From Camelus ferus (taxonomy: Eukaryota): 64,000 bases of DNA. Of this stretch, positions 25,380-39,115 are shown piece after piece (the stretch's first letter is position 1; each line of letters begins with the position of its first letter). Under the pieces are notes generated by a model that searched no databases, had not been told where the DNA came from, and saw only the letters and a program-made list of their open reading frames with translations. A program made the position numbers and the translations under genes. The stretch is from contig NC_045697.1 in NCBI RefSeq assembly GCF_009834535.1, forward strand, positions 63,924,001-63,988,000, read 5' to 3'.

Positions 25380-25921
25380 TCATGATATTTGCCACTTGGT
25401 ATTATGCTTGTAAATATATTATTACATAGCAAAAGGGATTTTGCAGATGAAATTAGGTTGCTAATCAGCTGAGTGTAAAATAGGGAAATACCATGGATTA
25501 TTCAGAAGTGCCCAATGTAATCTCTTGGGCACTTAATAACAGATGAGGGCGGCAGAAGAGGAAATCAGATGGGAAAGGAGGTGAGCTGAGGCAATAGGAC
25601 TTGACTGCTCTTTGCTGGCTTTAAAGATAAAGGGGGAGAAGAGCAGGCTAGAAGCTGAGAACTGCTCCTGGCCAAATCCAGTAAGGAAACAGGACCTAGG
25701 CAGAACAGTGTGCAGAACTGAATTTTGCCAGTCTGCATGTGCCTGGAAGTGGATTCTCCTCCAGAGCCTTCAGTAAAGAAGATAACCCTGCCTACACATT
25801 AATTTTAGCCTGAGGAGATCCCTGTTGGATTTCTGACGTTCAAAACTGTGAGATAATAAATTTGTGTTGTTTTGAACGAAGTATGTGGTAATTTGTTAAG
25901 CAACAATAGAAAGCCAGTACA
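25380..25921 (+). mobile_element. MLT1 (ERVL-MaLR) LTR
   Basis: gcaaaagggattttgcagatg, gattctcctccagagcct, aactgtgagataataaatttgtgttgtttt, ending caatagaaagccagtaca. Confidence 0.85.
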
Positions 25922-27284
25922 ACAAATCAATCTTTGCTCCTACCTTGGCCCTTCCATTGGACATCATTTCTCTTCCTTTAAGTGTCCATAGCTATCCTTC
26001 TAGGCTTTACTATACCCCAGGAACCTCTGATTCCAGCTTAAACTGATCATGTCTTCTGACTGCTGTGATGTTGTACCACACTGCTGTTGTATTTTGTGTT
26101 CCCTTATTGCCTAATTGTAAGTTATATTTAATCACACCGTTAAATACTTTTGAATAATAATTTTGTGTCATATATTTTGTTTCCCATGTAGATTTGCAAG
26201 CATAGCTTTGGGAGAATAGTGGTGCTTATGAAATAATCACTGATTGACTCTTTTTTTAAATTTTCAAAATATTTACAAGCAAATGATGATTATTAAGTGC
26301 TGTAAAAAATTTCAGTGTTTTGAGATAGTTTCGAGCCTTGATTTTGTAGGTTAAGAGAAATGCATTAAGAGAGAAGGAGCCTGCACATTACCTTTAGGAC
26401 ATCCAGTAAACCACCAGAAAGAAGCCAAGCATATAAAATCAAAACATACACAACCAATTTACAGCAGTAGGTCTACTTCAAGTGCTGTGACAATAAAACA
26501 GCTGGTGTTAGCAGTAGATAAATAATTTACATAGAACGGAAAGGCAGCTAGAAAGGCCACAGATTTTTGGGAGCAATATTAGTGTCAGCTTCTTAAGATA
26601 TAAGATTTTTCAAGTAAATAAAAATGTATAGGTGTGGCTACTAAAAATTTACTGAAAATTAGGATAACATTCTATTTGTACTTTTATACTAGAATATGTA
26701 ACAGTTTTAAATGGAGTAATAATGTATATGCTCTTTTTTATTCCTTTGGAAAAACATGCTAAAGCATCCTCCCCCCCCCCCAAATACACTAGAGTAGGGT
26801 TTGGTTGATGATGGAGAAAGAATGCAGGCATCATTAGGAATGTGATAATCAGAGGTTCGTTTAGCAAAAATAGGTTGAAGGGATCCATATTTCTTCTTAT
26901 CCAAAGAATAGGCTTGAAGTTAGTTTCTAACATAAAGCTTATGAGGTTAAGGAATTTATTTTACAGGTAGTGCCACAAATAATGCAGACAGCGTCTAGAA
27001 TTGGAAGCAGTTACTAGTACTTCCTTCTGAATAGTTTCTACCTATTTATTACTAGCATTTAAAAAATATAAATTCTAGCCTACAAAAAAAGTCTTGCCAT
27101 CTGTTTCAAAAGATGTTCTAAAAAAACAAAATGTATCCAAATCAACCAAGTCAGTCTCTGTTCATGTTAGATGCCAGAGAGCGGGCAGAGGGAGACCATA
27201 TGCAAGGGTCTTAATGTGGTCTGATGGCCATAAAGCCTGCAGTGTAGCTAGAGACAAAGAAATGTGTGTAAGAAAATAATGGCA

Positions 27285-27417
27285 GGGGAGGGTATAGCTC
27301 AAGTAGTAGAGCACATGCTTAGCATGTACAAGGTCCTGGATTCAGTCCCTAGGACCACCTCTAAAAATATATAAATAAGTAAATAAACCTAATTACCTCC
27401 CCCCACCCCCCAAAAAT
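27285..27417 (+). mobile_element. tRNA-Ala-derived SINE (camelid Vic-1 type)
   Basis: ggggagggtatagctcaagtagtagagcacatgcttagcatg...; A/B-box-like motifs, A-rich tail, perfect 12-bp TSD aaaataatggca (27273-27284, 27418-27429). Confidence 0.9.
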
Positions 27418-27799
27418 AAAATAATGGCAAAGCATACATGGCATTATATTAATGGGTGCTAAATATTTTGATATAATCTATACTGTGTTCTCATCAAGAA
27501 TGAGAACCGTTTGTCATCTTCAAATTCCCCATTTTTGGTGCTTAGTAAGTATTTGTTCAATAAATAAAAAGAACAGAATGTGTTTAAAAGTGGGCTAGAT
27601 CAGGAACTAAGCAGATCCTAAGCCTTGAGGAATAACCAGAATCTGAGTTAGTTTCTGGAATGGACTCCCAGTTTAGCCCTACTCTAGCCTTCAGTTTCTA
27701 CGTCAACAGTCATCTCAGTTCTGTGGAGCAGTTTTCTTATTTCCCACACAAAATTCTCCACACCCTCCTCACTGTTTTACAGCTGCTCTAGCAGTTTCA

Positions 27800-27975
27800 T
27801 GTTTATCAATGTTTTCTAACTATGTGTACTTGGAAAGTTATTTAAACACTCTGTGCCTCAGTGTTTTCATTAGAAACATAATAACAGTTCCTATCATAGG
27901 ATTACTGTATTGCATTAGTTTCTAGAAAGTACCTAGAACTATGTTTGGCACATAGCTATTGCTTGGGAACTGCTT
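27800..27975 (+). mobile_element. MIR SINE
   Basis: tgtgtacttggaaagttatttaaacactctgtgcctcagtgttttcat MIR core. Confidence 0.7.
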
Positions 27976-29009
27976 GCTTCTGTTACAATAATGTTTTATT
28001 TTTGAGGAGCCAATATGAAATCCAAGTTCATTAAGAGTAAAATGTGCCTTATTTTCACAGAAGTAAATACAATCTCTTGTACAATAAAAGTTATTGTAAC
28101 TATCTTTGAATTGGTTTGATTATTTAGGGAAAGAAAAGGTTTCGTGTGAAAGAAACAATAAATTATTTTTGGAGGGCTTTTTTATCCATATGTGATGGTG
28201 GTTGAATTTTTATACTGTAGTTCTTGTTTCTCGTTTACATGTAATGGGATCTTAAACATTTTCATTTTTAAAAAAATTGAAGGAAATGCTTTTGAGAAAG
28301 TTTGTGTTAGGAAGATTTTATTTTTATTTTTATTTATTTTTATTATTATTTTTATTTCCATCAGAATATCATGTTTATAAAATAAAATCTCTTGACATCC
28401 CTTTAGTAATTATATGTACTTGCAGATTGCCTGGGAATTAAATTTACTGTCAAAAGCATTGTAATTAATATGAAATGTGTATTTTAATTTATCCTATAGA
28501 AGTAACAGAGTACTGTAATTGAATAATAGTAATTGAGGAATTACCATCTTTCAGACAAAATTGTCACTAATAAGAATGAGTCCAATCCAACTTTTATCCT
28601 AAAGTAAAATTCTCATTAGAATCAAGATAAGCATTGCATTGAGGCATGAAAAGTCAAGAAAATTCACCAAAATGTTTTACACAAAAATATTCAGAATTTA
28701 AAAAAATTATAGTCTATTCTATTTAATGCTAATTGTATTTTGAAACCTAAAGGATAAAATGCATGTGATTTCTAATAATTATTTTAATTGAATCCCAAAT
28801 GTTAATTGTTGATTCCTGATTTTGAATTTGTGTGAGTATATGCACATGTGTGTGAATATTTTGGATACTTTATATTCTTCATAAAAAATTTGAAAAATAA
28901 AACGGATTTCAGTTAAAAGTAATGTGCTAGGTACTAAATACTACGTTTATTGAGCACTATGAGATAGGCATTCTTACAGGTGATTTAGATCACTATTTTA
29001 AAAAGTTCT

Positions 29010-29295
29010 TATTAATGACCATCTTCATCTAATCCCCCCAACCCGAGTCCCTTGCCTCTGGTCTCTTTTTCTGTGAATTTGTTTGATTGTTTGTTGAAGT
29101 ATAATTGACCTACAATACTATGTTAGTTTCTGATACACAGAAGTGATTTAAAATCTCTGTGTATTACAAAATGACCATCATGATAAGTCTAGATATCACC
29201 TGTCACCATATAAAGATACTACATTTTCATTGACTATATTCCCTGCCCTGTACATTTCATCCCCATGACATTTATTTTATAACTGGAAATGTGTT
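29010..29295 (-). mobile_element. L1 3' UTR fragment inside a MIR
   Basis: ttgaagtataattgacctacaatactatgttagttt...tattccctgccctgtacatttcatcccc; MIR-like text on both sides (~28940-29000 and ~29440-29610). Confidence 0.75.
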
Positions 29296-30079
29296 GAAGG
29301 ACTCTTTTTTTTTTTCCTTCAGTTTCACCAGGCCTAAAGTCCTGTAGCCTTTTTCATGTGCCTGGATCATACTAATTTTGGGGATGACTCCTTACTAAAT
29401 GAGAGAAAGGTCATTAAGTCATAGTCTTAGATAATTTATTTAAACTCGATTGTTACAACCCTATGAATAAACATTTTTATGACTACCATTTTCTGAATGA
29501 GGAACTAGGGCATAGTGTAGTAAAATAACATCAGATAGAAATGGATTAATGGTATCAGAACTCTAGTAACTAGTGCCAAAATTTGATCTCCTAACCACCA
29601 TGCTAACCATCTTCATCCAGATAGAAGATAGACATGAAAGACTGAAGCTTAAAGTGTTTTTCTATGAATGATCAAATAACAACATCAACACAATTATTTA
29701 ATAAGCTTACATTTTAAAATAGCATTTTAAAATGGAAAACATTTATTTCTCCAAGTCAAAAGTGAACAAAGTTCCTCCATGATCTAGCCTGCTGTGTATT
29801 CTGAGAAGTATTAGCCACTTTTCTCAATGTGTGATTCACCTAACATATAGTATCATGTAATACACATTTTTTTTTTTTTACAAAAGCATACATTTGGATA
29901 TTCTTATCTTCTAATAGAGTAAGTGTAAACCCAAATTTGACGGGCATTCTGTGCCAAAAACTGTAATCCTGTGTGATCCGCAATCAGTTAGCCATTTTTG
30001 GACTCAACTTTCCAGTCTGTAATTATCACCTCATTAGACTGAGTAAGTTCTAAACTGATTTTGGATTACTTTGGGTTAA

Positions 30080-30300
30080 ACAGTGGAGGCAGCACAGAAT
30101 AGTCAAGGGAAAATGTAGACTTTGCACATAGAGGGCTAGATTCTAACTCTTATTTTGGTGGAGAATACTGATGAAATCACAAATCTCAATTTTTACCCCC
30201 TGTAAAATGAGGATGAAATAACCTACTTTACAGAATTGTTTATTGTGAGAATTAACTTAAGTAGCTAGTGGGTACTCAACAAAAGTTAACTATTATTCTT
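30080..30300 (+). mobile_element. MIR SINE
   Basis: ctgtaaaatgaggatg...cctactttacagaattgtt...gtgagaattaa MIR core. Confidence 0.6.
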
Positions 30301-31071
30301 GAAAAATTATCTAATTATTTTATTTACTGTAATTATGTATCTTTGACCCAATTATAAATAACTATTTGCAGTGGACTTTACTACTAGGGTAACTTAATTT
30401 AAGTAATTAGACACAGAATTTTAAATGATCTGGTGAGATTTAAATGATTTTGTTACTATGTTTTAAATCTGCTTGATTGAATATATTTGTGAATAAATAT
30501 AAATACCATGCTTAGTCAGGAATATAATTTTAAATAAGCTCCTGATGCCCCTAATGTCCCAAATGTCTTGCAGGTGATTCACATCTTGCAAGGGTGGATA
30601 GGTAGTTCTACAATAATTTTCAATCCAACTTGGATTTCTGTTTCATTTTCTTCTAATAAAATTGGATTTGGTGATACTTGACAACTGATAAGATTTTGTT
30701 TATTCTGCTATAAAGGTAGGCTTAAATAGATTTCCACAGGGTTTATAGTTTTGGATTATAGCATTTTAGAGCCACATAAAAATGCATATCTGTCCATTTA
30801 AAATACTCTTCCTTCATTGTTTTTTATAAGCAATATTGCTCTGTCTTTGGTACTGGAATTTGAGAACCTAAACCATAATTATATGTTGTCCATTTCTATA
30901 ATGAAACAGAAACAAACAAAAAGGTCTAGACTCCTGTATGTCTTTATGGATAACATTTATTATACAATTACAAAAGTGTGGTGGACTAATAAACAAATTT
31001 GAGTCTTCATAATATGGCTAATATAGATGCCTTGCTATTGGAAAATTAAGCATCCTAAAATTCGAGTCCTT

Positions 31072-31448
31072 TACGGTCTTAGTCCATTTGGGCTGTTGTA
31101 GCATAACACCATAGACTGGGTAGCTTATTAACAACAGAAATTTATTTCTCATGATTCTTAAGACTGGAAGTCCAAAACCAAGGTATGTCCAAATTCAGTA
31201 TTTGGTGAGGGCCTGCTTCCTGGTACATAAATGGCTGTCTTTTTGCTGTGTTCTCATATGGCAGAAGGGTACAGGGAGATATCTGAGATCTCTTTTATGA
31301 GGACACTTATCCACTAGAGCCTTGAAGGCTCTACCCTCATGACCTAAGTACCTCTCAAATGCTCCACCTCCAAATACTATCCCATTGAGGATTAGGTTTC
31401 AAGATATAAATTTTCATGTGGGAAGACACAAAAATTTAGTCTGTAGCA
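31072..31448 (-). mobile_element. MLT1A-type MaLR LTR
   Basis: tcttagtccatttgggctg...caccatagactgggtagctta...aacaacagaaatttatttctca; ends agtctgtagca. Confidence 0.9.
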
Positions 31449-31771
31449 TTTACTAAATGAGGATCCAGGTAGAGTCCCAATTTTATTTTCTTCTTCAACT
31501 TCCATTTTCAGATTTCTTATCAAACCCTCACATTGTATATTTTCAATCCACCATTTATCCTCCAGGTATATCTATAAATATAAACTTTTTAATGTTCTAC
31601 ATTTTTATTTATATATTATTTGATTTATTCAGCTATATTTTTTGATTCATTATTGCAGTTCACTGTTTGAAATTCTAGCCTATGAAAAACCTCTTAATTA
31701 TAATCTTATTGTCCATTTATTACCTTTCAAATAATTATAAATCAAAAGACTGTTGTAATCAACATTCTCCA

Positions 31772-34700
31772 CTTTTTTTTAAATTGAAATATAGTTGACA
31801 TGCAGTATAATGATAGTTTCAGGTATACAACATAGTGATTTGACATTTGCATACATTATGGAATGATGACCATGGTAAATCTGGTGACCATCTGTCTACA
31901 TGCAAAGTTATTACAGTATTATTGACCAGATTCTTCATGCTGTATATTACATCCCCATGGCTTATTATTTTATAACTGGAGATTTGTACCTCTTAACCCC
32001 TTCACTTATTTCATCCCCACCCCAATGCCCTCCCTTCCAGTAACTACCCATTTCTTCTTTGTATCCATGAATCTGTTTTCATTTTGTTTTGTTAATTTGT
32101 TTGATTGTTTTTTAGATTCCACACATATGTGAGATCATACCATATTTGTCTTTCCCTATCTTATTTCATTTACTGTAATACCTTCTACATCCATCAGTGT
32201 TGTTGCAAATAGTAAGATTTCATTCTTTATGGCTGAATTTTATATATGTATGTTTTTATAATTTTATACATACATATCATATATAACCACATCTTCTTTA
32301 TCTACTTCTCTGTTGATGGACACTTAGATTGCTTTCATATATTGGCAATTATAAATAATGTAATGAACATTGGTGTGTGTATATAATTTTCAATTCGTGT
32401 TTTTGTTTTCTTCATGTAAATTCCCAGAAGTAAAATTCCTGCATGATATGGTAGTTCTATTTTTAATTTCTTGAGGAGCACCCATACTGATTTCCATAGT
32501 GGCTGAACCAATTTACAATCCTACCCACAGTTCCCTTTACTCCATATTCTTGCCAACATGTTATTCATTGTATTTCTGAGTATAACCATTCTGACAGGTG
32601 TGAGGTAATACTCATTGTGGCTTTGATTTCCATTTCCCTGATGATTAGCAATATTGAGTATCTTTTCACTGGTCTGTTGCTTATCTGTATGTCTTCTCTG
32701 GAATGATGTCTATTCAAGGTCCTCTGCCCATTTTTTAAATAGAATTGTTAATTTTTTGAAATTGAGTTGTATGAGTTCTCTGTATAGTTTGGATATTAAC
32801 CCCCTTGTCAGATATATTGTTTGCAAATATGTTCTCCCATTCATCAGGCTCTCTTTTTGTTATACTGATAGTTTCCTCACTGTGCAAATGCTTTTTAGTT
32901 TGTTGTAGTTTAGTAGTCCCATTTGTTTATTTTTCTTTTGTTGCCCTTTCTTGAGGAGACAGATCCAAAAAAATATTGCTGAGATTGATGTCAAAGAGTA
33001 TACTGCCTCTGTTTTCTTCTAGGAGTTTCATGGTTTCTGATCTTTCATTGAAGTCTTTAAACCATTTTCAGTCTATTTTTATATCTGGTATGAGAAAGTA
33101 GTCCAGTCTGATTCTTTTGCATGTAGCTGTCCAGTTTTTCCAACACCACTTACTGAGGATGCTGTCTTTTCCCCATTACATAGTCTTGCCTCCTTTGTCT
33201 TAGATTTATTGATCATCTAACTGTGGGTTCATTTCTGGGCTATTTCTGTTCCATTAATCTGTGCATCTGTTTTGTGCCAGTACCATGCTGTTATGATTAC
33301 TTACTGTGACTTTGTAGTGTAGTTTAAAATCAGGGAGTGTGATAATTCCAGCTTTCTTCTTCTTTCTCAGTATTGCTTTGGTATTTGGGGTCTTTTGTGC
33401 TTCCATACAAATTTTAGAATTATGTGTTCTAGTTCTATGAAAAATGCCATTGGTATTTTGATAAGGGTTGCACTAATTCTGTCAGTTGCCTTGGGTAATA
33501 TGGTCATTTTAGTATTATTTCTTCCAATCCATGAGTGCAGCATAACTTCCCGTTTGTGTCATCTTCACTTTCTTTCATCAGCATATTACAGTTTTCCAAG
33601 TAAAGTGTTTTTACCTCCTTAGATTTATTCCTTGGTATTTTATTCTTTTTTAAATTGAAATATAGTTGACTTACAATGTTATATTAGTTTCAGGTGTACA
33701 GCATAGTGATTCAGTATTTTTGCCTATTATATTCCACTAAAAGTTACTACAAGATAATGGCTATAATTCCCTCTGCTATACAATATATCCTTATTGTTTA
33801 TCTTTTTTATACATAGTAGTTTTTATCTGCTAATTTCATGCCTCAATTTGCCCTTCACCCTTCCCCTCTCCCTGTTGGTAACCACTGGTTTGTTTTCTAT
33901 ATTTACAAGAATATTTCTATTTTGCATATACTATTTGTACTATTTTTCATTTGTACTATGTTTTAGATTCCACATATAAGTGATATCCTACAGTATCTGT
34001 CTTTCTCTGTCTGACTTATTTCACTAAGCATAATATTCTCTAGGTCCATCTGCAAATAGCATATTTTATTTTTTATGGCTGAGTAATATTCCATTTATAT
34101 ATATATATAAATTCCATTGTATATAAATGTAGCACAACTTCTTTACCCAGTCATCTGCTGATGACATTTGGGTTGTTTCTATGTCTTGGCTATTGTAAAT
34201 AGTGTTGCTATGAACATTGGGGTGCGTGTATCTTTTGGAATTGGTATTTTCATTTTTTCAGATACATACCCAGAAGTGGAATTTCTGGATCATATGGTAT
34301 TTTCTATTTTTAGTTTTTTGAGTAACCTCATATTGTTTTCCATAGTGGCTGCAATAATTACATTCCCACCAAAAGTGTGGAAGGGTTCCATTTTCTCTAC
34401 ATCTTCTCCAACATTTGTTATTTGTAGACTCTTTGATGACAGCCATTCTGATAGGCGTGAGGTGATATCTCTCTCTCTTTTTTATTTGCATATTTTATTC
34501 TTTTTGATGCAATTGGAAATGCATTTTTTTTTAATTTAACAGTGACAATTTTACTTCTTCCTTTCCAATTTGGATTCCTTTTATTTATTTTTCCTGTCTC
34601 TTGCTGTGGCTGGTACTTCCAAACTATGTTGAATAAAAGCTTTGAGAATGGGCACACTTGTCTTATCCCTGATCTTAGAGGTAATTCTTTCAGCATTTCA

Positions 34701-36700
34701 CCATTAAATATAATGTTGACTGTGGATTTGTCATTTATGGCCTCTATTATGTTGAAGTACCCTCTCTCTATACCTACTTTATTAAATGTTATTATCATTA
34801 ATGGATTTTGAATTTTGTCAAAAGCTTTTCCTGCACCTATTGAGATAACTCTATGATACTAATTCATTTATTGGTAATGTGGTGTATCACACTGATTGAT
34901 TTGTGGGTATTGAAATATTTTTGTAACCTGGAATGCATCTCACTTGATCATGGTGTATGATCCTTTTAATATATTACTGATTTATTTTGCTAATTTTGTT
35001 TGTAATTGGCTGGGGTTTTTTTTTTTTTTTTTTTTTTGATGATGTTTTTGCAACTATATTCATCATTGATTGACCTATAGTTTTCTTTTTCTGTGGTGTC
35101 TTTGTTGGCTTTTGGTATCAGGGTGATGCTGGCCTACTGCAATGAGTTCAGAAGCAGTCCTTCCTCTTTAAGTTTTTGGAATAGTTTGAGAAAAATAGAT
35201 GTTAACTCTTTTTTAAGTATTTGGTAGCATTCCTTTGTGAAGCCATCTGGTCCTGGACTTTTGTTCGTTGGGAGTTTTTTCATTGCTGATTCGTTTTCAT
35301 TAATGATAACTGTTCATATTTGCTATTTCTTCCTGTTCAGTCTTGGGAGATTGTATGTTTCTAGGAATTTATCAATTTCTTCTAGGTTGTTCATTTTATT
35401 GGCATATAATCTTTTCAGTAATCTCTTATTATCCTTTGTATTTATGTGGTGTAGGTTTTAACTTCTGTTTTATTTCTGATTTTACTGATTCGGGCCTTCT
35501 GTTTTTTTTTTCTTGCAGAGTCCAGCTAAAGGTTTATCAAATTTGTTTGCCTTTTCAAAGACTAATTCTTGAGGTCATTGATATTTTCTATTTTCTGACT
35601 CTTTTTCATTAATTTCTGCTTAATGTTTATTAGTTATTTTCTTCTACTAACCCTTGGCTTTGTTCTTTTGATAGCTTTCATTAGGTGTAAAGTTAGGTTG
35701 TTTGAGATTTTTCTTGTTTTCTATTGTAGTCTTGTATGTCTATAAACATCCTTCTTAGAACTGCTTTTGCTGCATCTCATAGATTTTGGCTCATTTTGTT
35801 ACTATTTTCATTTGTCTCCAGGTTTTTTTTCATTTCCCCTTTGATTTCTTCAGTAACCCATTGGTTGTTTAATAGCATGTTATTTAGACTCCACTCTACT
35901 TCTTTATATTTTTTGCAGGTTTTTCTTATAGTTGATTTCTAGTTCCATAGAGTTGTGGTTAGAAAAAAATATTTGATATGATTTCAGTCAACTTAAATGT
36001 AGTGAGAGTTATTTTGTGGTGTAGCATGTGATCTTTCCTGGGGAACATTCCATGTGCACTTGAGAAGAATGTATATTCTGCTGCTTTGGGTTAGGAAGTT
36101 CCACATGTATCTGTTAATTTAATCTGGCCTAATGTGTCATTTATGGTGAGTATTTCCTTGTCGATTTTCTGTCTGAGTAATCTGTCCACTGGTGTAAGTA
36201 TGGTGTTAAAGTCCCCTACTATTATTTTGTTACTATCAATTTCTGCCTTTTTATTTGTTAATATTTGCTTTATGTATTTAAGTGTTCCTATATTGCATGC
36301 ATATATATTTATTGTTATAACTTCTTTTGGACTGATCCCTTTATCATTATATAATATCTTTGTTTTTCTCTTATTACAGCCTTTGTTTTTAAGTTCATTT
36401 TGTCCAATGAAGGATTGCTATTCTAGTTTTCTTTTCATGGAATAATTGTTTTCTATCCTCTCACTTTCAGTCCGAGTCTATCTTTAGATCTGAAGTGAGG
36501 CTCATATATATATATATATTTGATTTGTGGTTGCCATGAAGTATATCTATTATACACACACACACACCATGAGCTATATTTATAGTATTATATATTACAT
36601 ATATGATTAAGTTGATTGTATCAAATTTAAACATATTCTAATAACTGAATTTTTACTTCATCCCTCCCTCATGTTTAATGTTTTTGATATCTCTTGTTTT
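31772..36700 (-). mobile_element. Long decayed L1 (3' UTR through most of ORF2)
   Basis: Poly-T tail at ~31772; the minus-strand peptide [27 protein letters not shown] corresponds to the L1 RT motif [27 protein letters not shown]; many stops and frameshifts. Confidence 0.95.
33651..34490 (-). mobile_element. Second 5'-truncated L1 nested in the long L1
   Basis: A new L1 3' end begins inside the host ORF2; perfect 15-bp TSD tattttattcttttt (33636-33650, 34491-34505); peptide [21 protein letters not shown]...WWEC is the ORF2 C-terminal region. Confidence 0.9.
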
Positions 36701-37987
36701 TCATCTTTTGAGAGTTAGAAGTTTGTTGGAAAATATTTCAGTACCATTTAATAATTCTCAATGAATTAATAGTATTTACAATATAAACTTATATATAATT
36801 CTTTGCATTTTTTAAAAAACTTATAATGAACAACTCAGAAATATTCATCCTAATAATTTTGGTTAAATTCAAGGAAGAAAAATATTTATACTATTTAAAG
36901 GCTATTTGAAATATCTCAACAAATTTTTTATTCATGTAACAAGACTCGGTGTTCAGTTGGAATGCATAGTTTTAACTCCAATCTATAATTTGATTATGTC
37001 TTTCACTTGACTCAAACAACTCCATGAAAAAAAAAAAAACTGCTTTTATTATTATAATTGTAATACAACTTCGTAAGTGAGAGAAACTTACACCACCAAA
37101 CTTACTACCAGACTAGTAGAAGAAAGTTCCATGGATTAACTATATTTGAGCCATAGTCTGCTTTTTTTTTTTTTTTTTTTCCTCCTGGTCTCTGTATATC
37201 CAATTTTGGCCCCTTTAATCAGTTTTCATCATTGAAGGTTGAATAATTATGATACTATGTCCCTTTAAGGATACTATTACTTCCTGCTTGTCTCAAGGTA
37301 AACGTGAAAATTTTAAACATTACCTACAATATCCAGAATGTTTTGAACCCCTACTTGCTCACTGGTCTTATTTCATATCTTCTTTCTTCTTTCTGTTTTC
37401 TTGGCACATTGGACTTACTTTAGTTTCTCAAAACATCATTTATTTAGTAGGACTTATATTGGTTGGAGTGATATATGTAAAGCACTTACAACAGTTCATG
37501 GGATATATCAAGTTTTTGGTAAATGTACCATTATTTAGATATTTTGTCTAAGAACTTTTTAAAGAAGGAACAAGAATAACTTACAGACCAAGGTCAAATC
37601 CCATATTCTCCAGAAATCTTATCCTTATTAGCATCAATTAAAGTTAACAATTAGTAGAAAGGAAGTAGTAGAAAGTACGGGAAAGTTGATATTGATTTCG
37701 GATTCATATTTTTTGAGTTTCTGGTGCTTTAAGACATAGAAATGGGGATAGTATTTAGGCAGCTGCGTAAGTTTATCAAATACATAGTAATGTCAGTATT
37801 AACAAATCTGTGGTGTGGTAAATAAGGAAATACTTTTAAAAGCTTAGTTATTTATTTAAGATCATACAATTTGTGACAAAGAAGATTGCAGTCCTGCTTT
37901 GACATTTTGTTCAGGGCTATTTCTTCTATAGCAGGTGTCTTTCAATGATTAAACCATGAGTGGAGCTCAGTTAGGGCTGGAGACAGA

Positions 37988-37999
37988 CCAGCAGATGGC
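37988..37999 (+). promoter_or_regulatory. Candidate CTCF core motif / CAGATG E-box
   Basis: ccagcagatggc matches the CCASYAGRKGGC core; the two following consensus positions mismatch. Confidence 0.35.
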
Positions 38000-39061
38000 C
38001 ATAGGTAAACCCAGCTTAGGAACTATAAAAAGCCAAAACCACAGAGAAGGTCTAGTCTGGGAAAAAGCAGTACAGTTGGGGAAAATGCAATGTCTCAAAT
38101 ATCTAGAAAGGAAATTCCAAAAGCTTGTACATCAAAATAACAAAAAGTCATTATGATAAATCCAGATGGAAAATATCTTTGGTGTCTAGTGACTTCCTGC
38201 TGAGGGCTACTGAAGCCCTTTCATATGCAAGCTGTCTTCCTGGCATTTGTATATAGTATATGAATGAACGCCTGCTGAGCCCTATGATATTTGCCTGCTG
38301 AATCAGGTTGGCTACACATGTGTCATCAAAGCCCTGGATATTATTCATTTATTCATTCACTCTTACACAGTGTGTTAGGAACTAAAGACACTGAATAGGC
38401 TGTTCGTAGTGTTCTCACCTTTGCTCCCAAGTTTTGATTTGGTAGAGAAATAGATGACAAATCAATGTCTGATTATTTTAATAGATCCAAGAGTAAAACT
38501 TGTATTCTTGGTCCATTTTTAATGATAACAGAATAATGGATCACTGAGTAGAAATTAAGTGCATCTCACATCCTGGGTGAAGCATGTCTGTCTGGGTATA
38601 ATTTATTTGACCAAGAAAGGATTTAAACTGTTGTAGATTGAAAGTAAATATCATGGAAAAGAAATGATGTGATAAAACAACAAAAATATTGAGGAGGTAT
38701 CCTATAATTTGTAACTAATTAATTATAGGTCAAAACATCTCTAGTGATAAGTAGACTCTTAGAGCCTCACAATTGCAGCATCGATGCTTAAAATAATTAA
38801 TATTAGCAATCAAAAATTTAAGAAACATAGAGGTATATAATTCATGTTAGATAAAAATATTAAGTAAAGAATTGTGGGTGTATTAGTCACACTGGATTTA
38901 ATAACCATCCAATTATATGGGCATTTAACAATTCAGAATAATTTGTTTCTTTCAAATATCTCAAAATATATAGACTGAAATTCCTTCTAGAATTAATAAT
39001 AAAAAATATAATACTAGCCTCACTGACCCTGAGGAGATCTCCTTACTTGTGCTCTGGCATT

Positions 39062-39115
39062 GGAAAGGAAGGAAGGAAGGAAGGAAGGAAGGAAGGAAGG
39101 AAGAAAGAAAGAAAA
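39062..39115 (+). repeat. (GGAA)n/(GAAA)n microsatellite
   Basis: Directly visible tandem ggaa units grading into gaaa. Confidence 0.95.

Noticed and set aside
32654..36445. Cluster of 60-126 aa ORFs as a protein-coding gene
   Set aside because: All lie within decayed L1 sequence; they are ORF2 fragments or their antisense shadows.
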